This document shows, in pieces, positions 53,114 through 62,600 of a stretch of DNA of 64,000 bases; positions within the stretch are counted from its first letter, which is position 1, and each line of letters begins with the position of its first letter. Below the pieces are notes generated by a model, which saw nothing but the letters and a program-made list of their open reading frames with translations, was not told where the DNA came from and did not search any database. This stretch comes from an uncultured Anaerolineales bacterium (GTDB lineage Bacteria; Chloroflexota; Anaerolineae; Epilineales; Epilineaceae), in assembly GCA_964549495.1 (NCBI GenBank), contig CAZJWJ010000006.1, forward strand, positions 22,274 through 86,273, in the 5' to 3' direction. Made by a program: the position numbers and the translations under genes.

Positions 53114-55015
53114 ATGCCCGTCCGATCGAGTCGCTGGCGACGTTGGGCATTGCTGCTCGGCGTCGCCGGCTTGCTGTTCGGCCTTTCGGCCTGCCAGAAT
53201 CCTGCAGCCCAGCCCGAGGCGACGCCGGCCGTCGATTCGCCGTCCGAAGATGCGGCCGCAGATCCAGAGTCAGATCCGGCGACCTCGGACGAGGGCTCCG
53301 GTGACGCCGGTCCGCGTTCCAGCTCGGATGAGCCCGCGGCAGAGGCGGTCGACCTGGCCGCGATGGATGCCGAGTGGCCGACCGAGATGCTCAACGGCGA
53401 GGCCGGGCCGACCAAGAGCACCGTTCTCGACGCCATCCGCGCGCGCGACCTGCCGGAGACCTTGCCCTTGACCGAGGACTTCGCCGGCGAGGACTTTGCC
53501 GGGCGCCCGCTGATCGAGACGGCGCGCGAGTCGGGTATCGTCATCCTTGACTGGCCGCCGCCCTCGACCAGCGATCTGCCCGGCGATCGGTGGGCCGAGC
53601 GATTCGAGGCCTGGCTGGCCGAGTTCGCCGAGATCGAGCATACCGAGATCCACACCTGGGAGATCCAGCAGCTGGATCGCCCCGATGTCGAAGCTGCCAT
53701 CGAGGTCGTCGAGGCGCTCTGGGTGGTCGGCACGACGCCCGAGGGGCGCCGGCGCGAGGATCGGCTCTACCTGGTCTTCGACCTGATCAAGGATCCGACG
53801 CTGGTCGAGGTAGCCGATGCCGAAGATCAGGCGACCACGCAAGAATCCGAGGAGGCGGCCTCGGAGCCGGAGGACCTCGGCTGGCGCATCGCCGGAGTGC
53901 GCAGTCGCGAGGGCCGGACGGTGATCGCCGAGGGGCGCTACTTCCAGGACGTGACCGAGCAGGTCTTGCCGGGCGGCTACGATCAGTCGGGCGCCGAGGT
54001 CTATACCGCGGCCGGCCCCGCGCTGGGCGACTTCGACGGTGACGGCGACCTGGACCTGTTCATGCCGCGCATGCACGCGCCGATGCGGCTATACGCCAAC
54101 GACGGCAGCGGCCGCTTCCGCGATGTCACCGAGGACTGGGGGCTGCTGGATCGGCGCAGCCTGGAAGGCAGCATCAGCGGTGCCTTCGCCGATGTCGACC
54201 AGGATGGCTTGCGCGACCTCATGGTGCTCTTCCAGGGTCGCGGCCTGCGCGTCTACCGCAACGAGGGCAGCGCCTTCCGCGACATCACCGGACCGGTCGA
54301 TCTGGCCGGACCGGGCCAGTGGCAGACCCTGTCGGTGGCCGACGTCGACGGTGACGGCTTCCCGGATGCCTACCTGACCAACTACAACCTCATCGACACG
54401 ACGCATCAACCCGAGAACTATGTCGATGCCACCGACGGCCTGCCCAACGTGCTCTTGCGCAACACGGGTGATGGCGGCTTCGAGGATGCGACCGAAAGCC
54501 TGGGCCTGGACGTCGACAACCGGCGCTGGACCTACGCCTCGGCCTTCGCCGACTACGACGCCGACGGCGATGTCGACCTCTATGTGGCCAACGACTACGG
54601 TCCCAACCACCTCTTCGAAAACGATGGCGAGGGGCGCTTCCGCGACGTGACCGAGGCCTTGTCGGCCACCGACCAGGCCAACGGCATGGGCGTCAGCTGG
54701 TTGGACTTCGATGGCGACCTGGACCTGGATCTCTACATCTCCAACATGCAGAGCTTCGCCGGCAACCGCATCACCCGCCTGGAGCACTTTCCGGGTAGCG
54801 GCGAGCAGTCGGCGCTCTACCGGCGCTTCTCGCAGGGCAGCACGCTTCTCCGCAACGACGGCGACGATGGATTCACCGAGTGGAGCGAGCAGGCCGGCGT
54901 CAAGGCCGCCTTCTGGGCCTGGGGCGCGGCGCCCTTCGACTACGACGCCGACGGCGACGAGGACATCTTCAGCGCGGCCGGCTTCTACACCGGGCCCAAC
55001 GCGGCCGACACCTGA
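53114..55015 (+). CDS. CRTAC1/ASPIC-like lipoprotein with FG-GAP/VCBS repeats; reading frame ends at in-frame TGA 55013-55015
   Basis: Lipobox LLFGLSAC. Repeats GDFDGDGDLDLFM, ADVDQDGLRDLMV, ADVDGDGFPDAYL, ADYDADGDVDLYVANDYGPNHLFENDG, LDFDGDLDLDLYISN, FDYDADGDEDIF. The track start at 52625 (antisense to ctaG) is rejected. Confidence 0.75.
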   Translation: MPVRSSRWRRWALLLGVAGLLFGLSACQNPAAQPEATPAVDSPSEDAAADPESDPATSDEGSGDAGPRSSSDEPAAEAVDLAAMDAEWPTEMLNGEAGPTKSTVLDAIRARDLPETLPLTEDFAGEDFAGRPLIETARESGIVILDWPPPSTSDLPGDRWAERFEAWLAEFAEIEHTEIHTWEIQQLDRPDVEAAIEVVEALWVVGTTPEGRRREDRLYLVFDLIKDPTLVEVADAEDQATTQESEEAASEPEDLGWRIAGVRSREGRTVIAEGRYFQDVTEQVLPGGYDQSGAEVYTAAGPALGDFDGDGDLDLFMPRMHAPMRLYANDGSGRFRDVTEDWGLLDRRSLEGSISGAFADVDQDGLRDLMVLFQGRGLRVYRNEGSAFRDITGPVDLAGPGQWQTLSVADVDGDGFPDAYLTNYNLIDTTHQPENYVDATDGLPNVLLRNTGDGGFEDATESLGLDVDNRRWTYASAFADYDADGDVDLYVANDYGPNHLFENDGEGRFRDVTEALSATDQANGMGVSWLDFDGDLDLDLYISNMQSFAGNRITRLEHFPGSGEQSALYRRFSQGSTLLRNDGDDGFTEWSEQAGVKAAFWAWGAAPFDYDADGDEDIFSAAGFYTGPNAADT

Positions 55016-55036
55016 AGCGTCTTCTGGCGCCAGGTC

Positions 55037-56110
55037 ATGGCGTCCGATAGCGAAGGCCAAGCGGCCGAGCGCGAAGCCGGACATCAAAACCACTTCCGAC
55101 AGCTGAGCCAGGAGGGCAAGAGCTGGAGCGGCCGCGAGCCGGACACCCTCTTCCAGAATCGCGGCGATGGCACCTACGACGAGGTCGGCCAGGTCATCGG
55201 CGTGGCCAGCCGCCTGGACAGCCGCGGCGCGGCCACCGGCGACTTGGATGGTGATGGCGATCTGGACCTGGTGGTGATGAGCCGCAACAACCCCATCATC
55301 AAGATCTATCGCAACGATACGCCGCTCGAGCAGCAGGGTCGTGTGCTGCAAGTCGACCTGGTCCATGACACATCCGGGAGCGAGGCCATCGGCGCCCGGG
55401 CCGTCGCGCGCTGCGGCGATGCCGCGGTGTTGCGCCAGGTCTCGGCCGGCTCCGGCTACCTGGCCCAATCGGCCTCGACCCTGCACTTCGGCTTGGGGGC
55501 CTGCGAGGGTCCGGCCACGCTGGAGGTGCTTTGGCCCGGCGGCCAGCGGCAGGACTTCGAGGGCCTGGAGGTCGACCGGCGCTACCGCATCGCCCAAGGC
55601 GAGGAATCGGTCGTGCGGCAGTCGCTGCGCGAGCGGAACTTCAGTGCCGGCGAGGTGGGCCCGCCGGCCGGGGACATCTCGGCGCCGCTGCCCGAGGTGC
55701 GTCTCGACTGGTTGGACGGCGAAGGCAGCTTCGAGCCGGCCGCCGGCCAGGGCATCCGCGTGCTCAACTTCTGGGCCACTTGGTGCACGGCCTGCATCGC
55801 CGAGATGCCAGACCTCGAGCGGCTCAAGGGCGAGTTTGGACCCAAGGGGGTCGAATTCGTCGGCCTGATCATGGACGAGCGCGAGCTGGAATCCGAGGTC
55901 CGCGCCTTCGCCGAGGATCGCGGCGTCAGCTACGCGCAGGCCTGGGGCACGATCGACTTCGAGAGCGACTTGGCCTCCATCGCCAACGCGCCGGCCGGCG
56001 CCATCCCGCTGACGGCGGTGGTCCAGGACGGCATCGTGCGCCACGCGGTGGCCGGCCGCATCGACCCGGGCGACATGGCCCGCCGGCTGGAGGCGCTGCT
56101 CGGGGAATAG
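55037..56110 (+). CDS. Same-frame continuation of the CRTAC1/ASPIC-like protein: last FG-GAP repeat, UnbV/ASPIC-like domain, C-terminal TlpA/ResA-like thioredoxin domain
   Basis: It is in the same frame as 53114-55015; only one TGA separates them, and sense codons resume at 55016 (SVFWRQV). LFQNRGDGTYDEVG, GDLDGDGDLDLVVMS, SGSGYLAQSASTLHFGLG..LEVLWPGG (ASPIC/UnbV-like), then VLNFWATWCTACIAEMPDL. Confidence 0.7.
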   Translation: MASDSEGQAAEREAGHQNHFRQLSQEGKSWSGREPDTLFQNRGDGTYDEVGQVIGVASRLDSRGAATGDLDGDGDLDLVVMSRNNPIIKIYRNDTPLEQQGRVLQVDLVHDTSGSEAIGARAVARCGDAAVLRQVSAGSGYLAQSASTLHFGLGACEGPATLEVLWPGGQRQDFEGLEVDRRYRIAQGEESVVRQSLRERNFSAGEVGPPAGDISAPLPEVRLDWLDGEGSFEPAAGQGIRVLNFWATWCTACIAEMPDLERLKGEFGPKGVEFVGLIMDERELESEVRAFAEDRGVSYAQAWGTIDFESDLASIANAPAGAIPLTAVVQDGIVRHAVAGRIDPGDMARRLEALLGE

Positions 56111-56182
56111 GTCGGGTAGAATATGGTGCAAGAGACATGGATGTACACCGCGGACGGGTACGGATTCCCAGGAGGACCGACG

Positions 56183-56452
56183 ATGACCGCCAAAGCGCGA
56201 TTCAGCGCCGAGCAAGCACGCGAGATCGGGCAGACCATCGGCATCGATTGGGCCACGAGCCCCTTCGACGTCGAGCAGTTCCGCATGGGCTTGGACGTGG
56301 AGCTCGAGCATGGCCGGCACGATCCGGAAACGGACGTCACCGGTGACGACCCGGTCGTGACGGGCAAGATCGCGCTGGCCCACCTGCGCGAGTTCCCGGA
56401 CTACTACACACGGCTGGCCAAGATGGAAGCGGAAGCCGAGGCTGGGTTGTAG
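56183..56452 (+). CDS. DUF5661-like small protein
   Basis: FSAEQAREIGQTIGIDWATSPFDVEQFRMGLDVELEHG...VTGKIALAHLREFPDYYTRLAKME. ATG at 56183 follows an AGGAGG SD. Confidence 0.7.
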   Translation: MTAKARFSAEQAREIGQTIGIDWATSPFDVEQFRMGLDVELEHGRHDPETDVTGDDPVVTGKIALAHLREFPDYYTRLAKMEAEAEAGL

Positions 56453-56464
56453 AGAAGCCGCGCC

Positions 56465-56875
56465 CTAACCCGAGTGCCAGTCGGGCGGCTCGATCGCGCC
56501 TGCTCGACGAATTAGGCTCTTGTCCCAACTGATCAAGACAGCTTCGAGCAGGGATGAGGTGGCTGCGTACAGGGCATCGGCACCCCGAAGACGGAGTTCG
56601 ATGCCCAGCCGCTCCGCGCGATCGAGCAGCGTGTCGTGCATGGGCTGGAGGCGGAGCACAGGATGGGATCGAAGGTGTGCGACCGCCTGCATTGCGGCCC
56701 TGCTGTCGTCCGTGCGCCGCGCAAGGGCACAGGCGGTTTCGACGATCAGGATGCTCGGAGCCGCCAGCCAGACACGTTCTTCGATCGTGATTTCGAGGAA
56801 GCGCACGCTCGGCGTGTGGAAGCGGTCATGGGGATCGAAGGCTGCGACCCAAACGTTGGCATCGACGATCAGCAT
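56465..56875 (-). CDS. vapC: PIN-domain toxin (VapC-like)
   Basis: MLIVDANVWV (first acidic residue), ILIVETACALAR, RGADALYAATS. 136 aa. The track start at 56968 is rejected. Confidence 0.8.
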   Translation of the reverse strand: MLIVDANVWVAAFDPHDRFHTPSVRFLEITIEERVWLAAPSILIVETACALARRTDDSRAAMQAVAHLRSHPVLRLQPMHDTLLDRAERLGIELRLRGADALYAATSSLLEAVLISWDKSLIRRAGAIEPPDWHSG

Positions 56876-56882
56876 TCGGGGT

Positions 56883-57143
56883 TCAATCCCGATCCAAGCG
56901 GGCTCGATCCTGCTCGACGATCTCGCTGGCGCTGGGTCCCTCGGTCCTGCCTTCCAGGCTCTGCTCACCCATTCGGATCCAGGATTCCAGCCACTCCGTG
57001 GAAGACGGGCCTTCGTCTTCTACGCCGTCGACCCAATCTTGATAGAGGCGCGTCGTGACCTCGCGAACGGCCTTGCCCTGGAGCGCAGCCTTGGCCTTGA
57101 CCCGTCGGTAGAGTTCATCCGGGATCTCGATGGTGGTCTTCAT
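56883..57143 (-). CDS. vapB: VapB-like antitoxin
   Basis: MKTTIEIPDELYRRVKAKAALQGKAVREV (typical antitoxin N-terminus). It lies 7 nt upstream of the PIN gene. The track start at 57152 is TTG. Confidence 0.6.
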   Translation of the reverse strand: MKTTIEIPDELYRRVKAKAALQGKAVREVTTRLYQDWVDGVEDEGPSSTEWLESWIRMGEQSLEGRTEGPSASEIVEQDRARLDRD

Positions 57144-57343
57144 GGCAGGCAATCTAGCATGCTTCCCATATTCCCGTCAAGCCATATTCTCCGAGTTGCC
57201 GGCCTCCCTCTGTAGTCGGGAACACGAAGATCGATCCGTGTCGAAGGCCCGGATCGAGCGGAATCCGCTGAATTCGGCGTATCCACCACCGGCCGGGGGC
57301 GTCTAGCATCCCGGACCCTGCCAACGTTGCCCATGGAGGATGC

Positions 57344-59575
57344 ATGCCCGCGCCCCACCCCTTGCCAGCCTCTGACACCCTTCCCGCCACGCTCGCACGG
57401 CACACCCCGCCCGAGTCCCTTCGATTCGCGTCCTCCGTCCGGTCTCCGCTCTGGATCCCGATCCTCTTCCTCGTCACCCTCGTCTCGTCGAGCATCTTCT
57501 TCATCTCGCTGCATGCACCGACGGTCGGCCGCGCCGCGTCGGAGGTGCCGGCGAGTTCCGACCAGTCTTCGGTCTCGAGCCCGTCGGAGCTGGCGACCAC
57601 ACGCCTGCTCTGGCTGCCCGAGATGGGGGACGAGGTTGCCGGTTTGGACTGTCAGAAGCTCGTCACCGTGCAGAACATGGGTCACGATCCGAGCAAGGCG
57701 GTCCTCGTCACCTGGGATGCGCCGGGGACCTGTCCGCCGCTGGCCAACGGTCCGCTCAAGGTCGAGTGCAGCGGACTGATCCGGCCGGGGCGCACGTGGA
57801 TCTTCATCGGCGCCCAGCTGCCCGCCGGCGCCCAAAGCGGGCTGGTCCTCAGCTTCATCGCCAGGCGCCTCTCGGAGCTGGGGCTGGACTTCAGCTTCGA
57901 CGACCTCGCGTCGGACATGATGTGCGAAACGCTCTTCTTCGAAGTCACCGGCGATGCGGACGACTATCGGCGCTTCATCGAAGCCTATCGCAGTGGTGGG
58001 GACTTCGGCGGCATCCCGCAGGAGCGGGTCTGGGGCGCGCCCCTGGCCGTCGAGCTGCAGCGCAGCTGCGAGCATCCGATCGATGCCGGCGGCCCGCGCG
58101 AGAGCCGTCTCGCCGCCATCGCGGCCTGGGAGGTCGAGCGCTTCTCCAACGCTGCCGGAGTGTACCGCTACTTCGCGCCGCTGGCGCCGCGGCCGCCGGG
58201 CGTGGCCGTCGCGAGCCTGTCGATCCAGAATGTGGGCCTGGAATGCGCCATCGCGGAGCTGACCGTCCGGGCCCATGCCCGTCCGACCGATGCCGAGCGA
58301 TGTCGCTTCGATATCGGCGCGCTCGCGCCGGGCGAGCGGCAGCGTGTGGATCTCTCGAGCTGTGGCGCCGGAGTCGGCGGGGCGGCCGCGGCTTGGATCC
58401 GGGGCAGCCAACCCCTGGCCATCCTGGTCGACGTCGTGGAAGACGCGGGGATGAGCAGCTACACCGCCCTGCCGATCCCGCCGGATGCCGCGGGAGACAT
58501 CGGCCCGTCGGCGGAGCTCCCGGGGACGCGATACCTGGCGCCCATGGCCTTTTACGAGCACTTCGGCTGGTCCAGTCGCGTTCATCTGCAGAACGGCGAC
58601 AGGGATCGCCCGGCACGGGTGCGCCTGAGCGTCAAGGACCGCAGCGGTCGGGTGCTGACGAGCCTGAACGTCGAACTGCCCCCGGATGCGGGTCGGGTCG
58701 TCGACCTGACCGAGATCGATGCCATGCCCGACAGTTGGATCGGCAGCCTGCTCGTCGAGAGCCTGGCAGCGGAGGGGTCCGGGGACTCGGATGCACCGCC
58801 GGCCATCTCGGTGGTCGTGGAGAGCCTGCGGAGGACCGAGGACGGTGCGGTGACCGGGTCCGCCGCCTACGGGCTGCCGCCGGCCCGCCTTCCCGGCGCG
58901 CCGGCCGACCAGATCGGCGCGGGGATGATCGCCATCCCGTCCATCGTCAAGGGAGATCCGGAGGCCGGCGAGCCCACCACCGAGATGGCCATCGCGAACC
59001 TGGTCGAGAGCGCTGGCAGCACCGACCTGGTCTTCCTGATCTATGATCAGAATGGCCTCTCGGACTTCATCTGCCAGACGCTGTCCGCCGAATCCGTCGA
59101 GTATATCGACCTGACCACCTGGGGCATCATGGGCCACGGCTTCAAGGGTAGCGCGATCATCAGCGCTACCGGGTGGCACCATCCCGTCCTGGACCGCGGT
59201 GGTGAGATGGTGGCCAATCCCCTTGGCCTGGCGGCCGTCACGATGCTCCGGCCGCCGCGAGGTAACGCCGTCCTGGGTGAACTGCCCGGTGATGGGCCGG
59301 CCGCCGCGCGCTACGGCATCCCCATCCCGCCCAGTGCCCGGGCTGGTTACCGCCCGGAGTTCAGCCTGGCTCTCTGCGGCTTGGATCTGCTCCCGGCGAC
59401 GACGCCCACCGCCTGGCCGCCCGCGCCAACGCTGTCGCCCGCGCCCACCCGGCCCGGTGGGCAGCCGACACCGGAGCCGAGCCCGACCGTCCCGCCGAGC
59501 CCGAGCGCGACGGAGGACGGCCCGCGCCGCGATCCGATCTTCCTGCCCCTGTTGTCGCTCCCGGATGCGCCCTGA
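57344..59575 (+). CDS. Anchored/secreted protein with four beta-sandwich-like repeats (paralogous to 30643-32598) and C-terminal PT linker
   Basis: N-terminal TM LWIPILFLVTLVSSSIFFISL. Repeat cores LVTVQNMGHDPSKAVLVTW, LSIQNVGLECAIAELTV, RVHLQNGDRDRPARVRLSV, MAIANLVESAGSTDLVFLIYDQNG. PT linker PPAPTLSPAPTRPGGQPTPEPSPTVPPSPS, then PIFLPLLSLPDAP*. Confidence 0.7.
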   Translation: MPAPHPLPASDTLPATLARHTPPESLRFASSVRSPLWIPILFLVTLVSSSIFFISLHAPTVGRAASEVPASSDQSSVSSPSELATTRLLWLPEMGDEVAGLDCQKLVTVQNMGHDPSKAVLVTWDAPGTCPPLANGPLKVECSGLIRPGRTWIFIGAQLPAGAQSGLVLSFIARRLSELGLDFSFDDLASDMMCETLFFEVTGDADDYRRFIEAYRSGGDFGGIPQERVWGAPLAVELQRSCEHPIDAGGPRESRLAAIAAWEVERFSNAAGVYRYFAPLAPRPPGVAVASLSIQNVGLECAIAELTVRAHARPTDAERCRFDIGALAPGERQRVDLSSCGAGVGGAAAAWIRGSQPLAILVDVVEDAGMSSYTALPIPPDAAGDIGPSAELPGTRYLAPMAFYEHFGWSSRVHLQNGDRDRPARVRLSVKDRSGRVLTSLNVELPPDAGRVVDLTEIDAMPDSWIGSLLVESLAAEGSGDSDAPPAISVVVESLRRTEDGAVTGSAAYGLPPARLPGAPADQIGAGMIAIPSIVKGDPEAGEPTTEMAIANLVESAGSTDLVFLIYDQNGLSDFICQTLSAESVEYIDLTTWGIMGHGFKGSAIISATGWHHPVLDRGGEMVANPLGLAAVTMLRPPRGNAVLGELPGDGPAAARYGIPIPPSARAGYRPEFSLALCGLDLLPATTPTAWPPAPTLSPAPTRPGGQPTPEPSPTVPPSPSATEDGPRRDPIFLPLLSLPDAP

Positions 59576-59697
59576 GGCAGGGCTCTGTCAGGAGTCGCCC
59601 CGACCATCAATCCGCCTGTCCATTTTCGACATCTTGGTGTGTTGTATGATGGAGCGTGGATGCGTCGAAGCGATGTGAGCTGCAAGGAGGCTGCCCC

Positions 59698-62600
59698 ATG
59701 GACCCGCGACCCGAGCCGGCGAGGCCCCGAAGGTCGATCCTGCTGCTGTTGATGCTCGGTGTGGCCAGCCTGGCCGCCGCGCTGGGCGCACCGGCGGCGC
59801 CGATGCGCGCTGCCGACGTCGACCAAATCGACGCGGCTTGCCGCGGCATCAACCCCTTCGTGGCCGTCAGCCTGATCGAGTCGCATGCCGAGATCGAGCA
59901 GGCAGGGGCGGGGGGTGCCGACGCGGCGGCCATCCTGGCGGTGCGCGACGATCCGGCGGACGATCCGGCCGAGCAGATGGTTCTGGCCAGACGCAGCCAG
60001 GTCGGTTCGGTCTACGGCTTGGCCTACGATGCCGGCCGCAGGCAGCTCTACGCCTCGGCCTTCCTGCGCCGGTCGGCGCCCTTCGGGCCGGCTGGCACCG
60101 GCGCCATCTACCAGATCGACCTGGCCAGCGAGGACGTGTCCCCTTGGCTGCAGATCGAAGCCGGCGAGGATCCCCACGACGCCAAGGGCGACGACCTCTC
60201 GGCCGAGCGCTGGGTGGGCAGCCGCGGCCTGGGCGACATCGAGATCGACGCCGAGGGCGACCAGCTCTTCGCGGCCAACCTCTACGACGGGCGGATCCAC
60301 CGCCACGCCCTGGCCGACGGCCGCGCGCTGGGCAGCTTCCGCAACGGAGGCACCGACGAGCGCTGGTACCATCGGGCCCGGATGTTCGGCCTGGCCTACG
60401 GGGAGGGCTGGCTCTACCACGGGCTGGTCGACATCTCCGACGGCGAGGACGACCGCGGTCCCACCGCCCACGTCTACCGCTCGCGGCCGGACGGCAGCCA
60501 GATGACCGAGATCCTGAGCTTTCGGCTCAATGATCACCGACCGGTCTGGCTGCCGGGCTGGCAGGAGGGCGCTCCCATCCTGACCGACCTGGAGCTTCGG
60601 CCGGGCGGCGGGCTCGTGGTGGCCCTGCGCAACCGGGCGCTGGACGCCCTGCCGGCTTCGGCTTACGGAAACACCTACATCCTGCCCCTGGGTCAGATCG
60701 TCTCGGCCGAGCCCAACGAAGCCGGCCAGCTGGTGGTCTCCGAGGACCTCTCGGCGGCCGAGCCGGCCAACACCGGCAGCCTGGCCCGCCTGCCGGGCCT
60801 GGACGTGCTGGTCTCGCCGGTGCGCGCGATCGGACCGAGCATCCCCGTCGGCGGCCCGCAGCGGCCCAACGTGCCCGCCGTCCCCAGCACGCGCCTGTCC
60901 TGGCTGGGCCTACCCAACCCGCATGTCCTGCGCGAGGAGGCGCTGTCCTTCCAGGAGGGCCTGACCGGCGCCGTGGCCACCGGTGACGTCGAGGTGCTCT
61001 GCGCCACCGAGCCCGGCCTGGACCCGGAGCGGGGCGCCACCGCCACCGCCGAGGTGGGTCGGGCCGGTACCGCCACCGTCCAGGTCATCGAGACCCGCGC
61101 GGCGGCCACCGAGACCGCCTGGGCGCCGACGGCCACCGCCTATGCCACGCGCTTTGCCAGCACGGCCACCGCCGCGGCGGCCACGGCCACCGCCAATGCG
61201 GCGCGCATCGGCACGCCGGCGGCGCGCAACCGGGGCCTCATCGAGGCCGCCTGCGAGGGTTCGGACCCCTTCTATGCCATCCCGCGCTTCGCCTACAGCC
61301 GTGACCCCTTCCCGGTGCCGGGCTCGGCCGAGGCCGAGTCGCCGGCCATCCTGGCCTTCAACCGCCACGGGCACAAGCTGACCCTGGCCGAGCAGGGGCA
61401 GGTGGGCACGCTCTACGGAATGGCCTACGACTGGCGGCGCGGGCACATCTATGCCGGCTCTTACCACAGCGTGGCCGGCCTGGTCGGGCCGGCCGGCGGC
61501 GGCGCCATCTACCGCCTCGACCTGGAGACCGGCTTGGTCGGCGCCTGGCAGCTGGAGAACACCGGACCGGCCATCTACCAGCAGCAGCAACCCGGCGGCT
61601 ACGTCAACTCGCCCTGGGCCGGCAAGGTGGGCTGGGGGGACCTGGAGATCAGCGAAGACGGTGGGTCGCTCTTCGCGGTCAACCTCTACGATCGGCACGT
61701 CTACCGCTTTGGCTTGCCGGACGGCCAGCGGCTGGACCGCTTCGCGCACGGCGCCCAGGGCGAGGCCTGGGCCATCACCGCGCGGCCGATGGGACTGGGA
61801 TTCCGCGAGGGCCGGCTCTACCACGGCGTCGTCGATACGGGCGAGCTGTCCGGCAGTCCCTTCGAGGCCAAGATCTACGCATCGCTGCCCGACGGCAGCC
61901 AGATGCGCGAAGTGGCCAAGGTCGAGCTGGACTACCCGCTCTATGCCGGCACCGGCCGCCGCTGGCAGGCCTGGAGCGACGCGCCGAACTACAATAGCCC
62001 CAGCGCCCTGTTGTCCGACATCGAGTTCAGCGACGGGGGCGACATGGTGCTGGGCCTGCGCGACCGCTCCGGCGACGCGCTCTTCGGCCTGCGCGGCCAG
62101 GGCGATGTGCTGCTCGGCCGGCGCGAGGGCGAGGGCTGGCGCATCCAGACCGTGCCGGAGCATTACACCGACCAACACCTCTACGACGAGAGCTCGCTGG
62201 GCGCCCTGGCGCCGGTGCCGCGCTTGGACCAGTTGGTGATGAGCGCTACCGCACCGGAGCATCCGCGCAGCGTTGGCGCCGCCTGGCTGAGCCACACCAC
62301 CGGCAGCTGGCTGCGCGGAAAGACCTTGGTGACCAACCAGCAGCTGGTCGTGGCCGGCCTGCCTATCCATCGCAAGTTCCCCGGCAGCCTGGGCGACGTC
62401 GAGCTGCTCTGCCCGCCCGACGAGCTGCCGCCGACCCCAACCCCGACCGCGACGCGAACGGCGACCCCAAGCCCAACCGACACGCCGACCGCCACCCCGA
62501 CGCCCACCTGGACCCCCAGCCCTGCCCCGACCTGGACGCCGAGCATCACCCCGACCTCGACGCCCGTCCCGAAGCCGATCTACCTGCCCCTCATCTACCA

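Noticed and set aside
55013-55015. Genome-wide TGA reassignment (for example TGA = Gly or Trp) as the explanation for the in-frame TGA
   Set aside because: Many well-supported genes in the window terminate at TGA at the expected protein end (nosZ, nosB, nosD, nosY, xseA, the Rieske gene, the ICMT-like gene, HCO subunits). TGA is therefore a normal stop here, and only local recoding or a mutation can explain this site.
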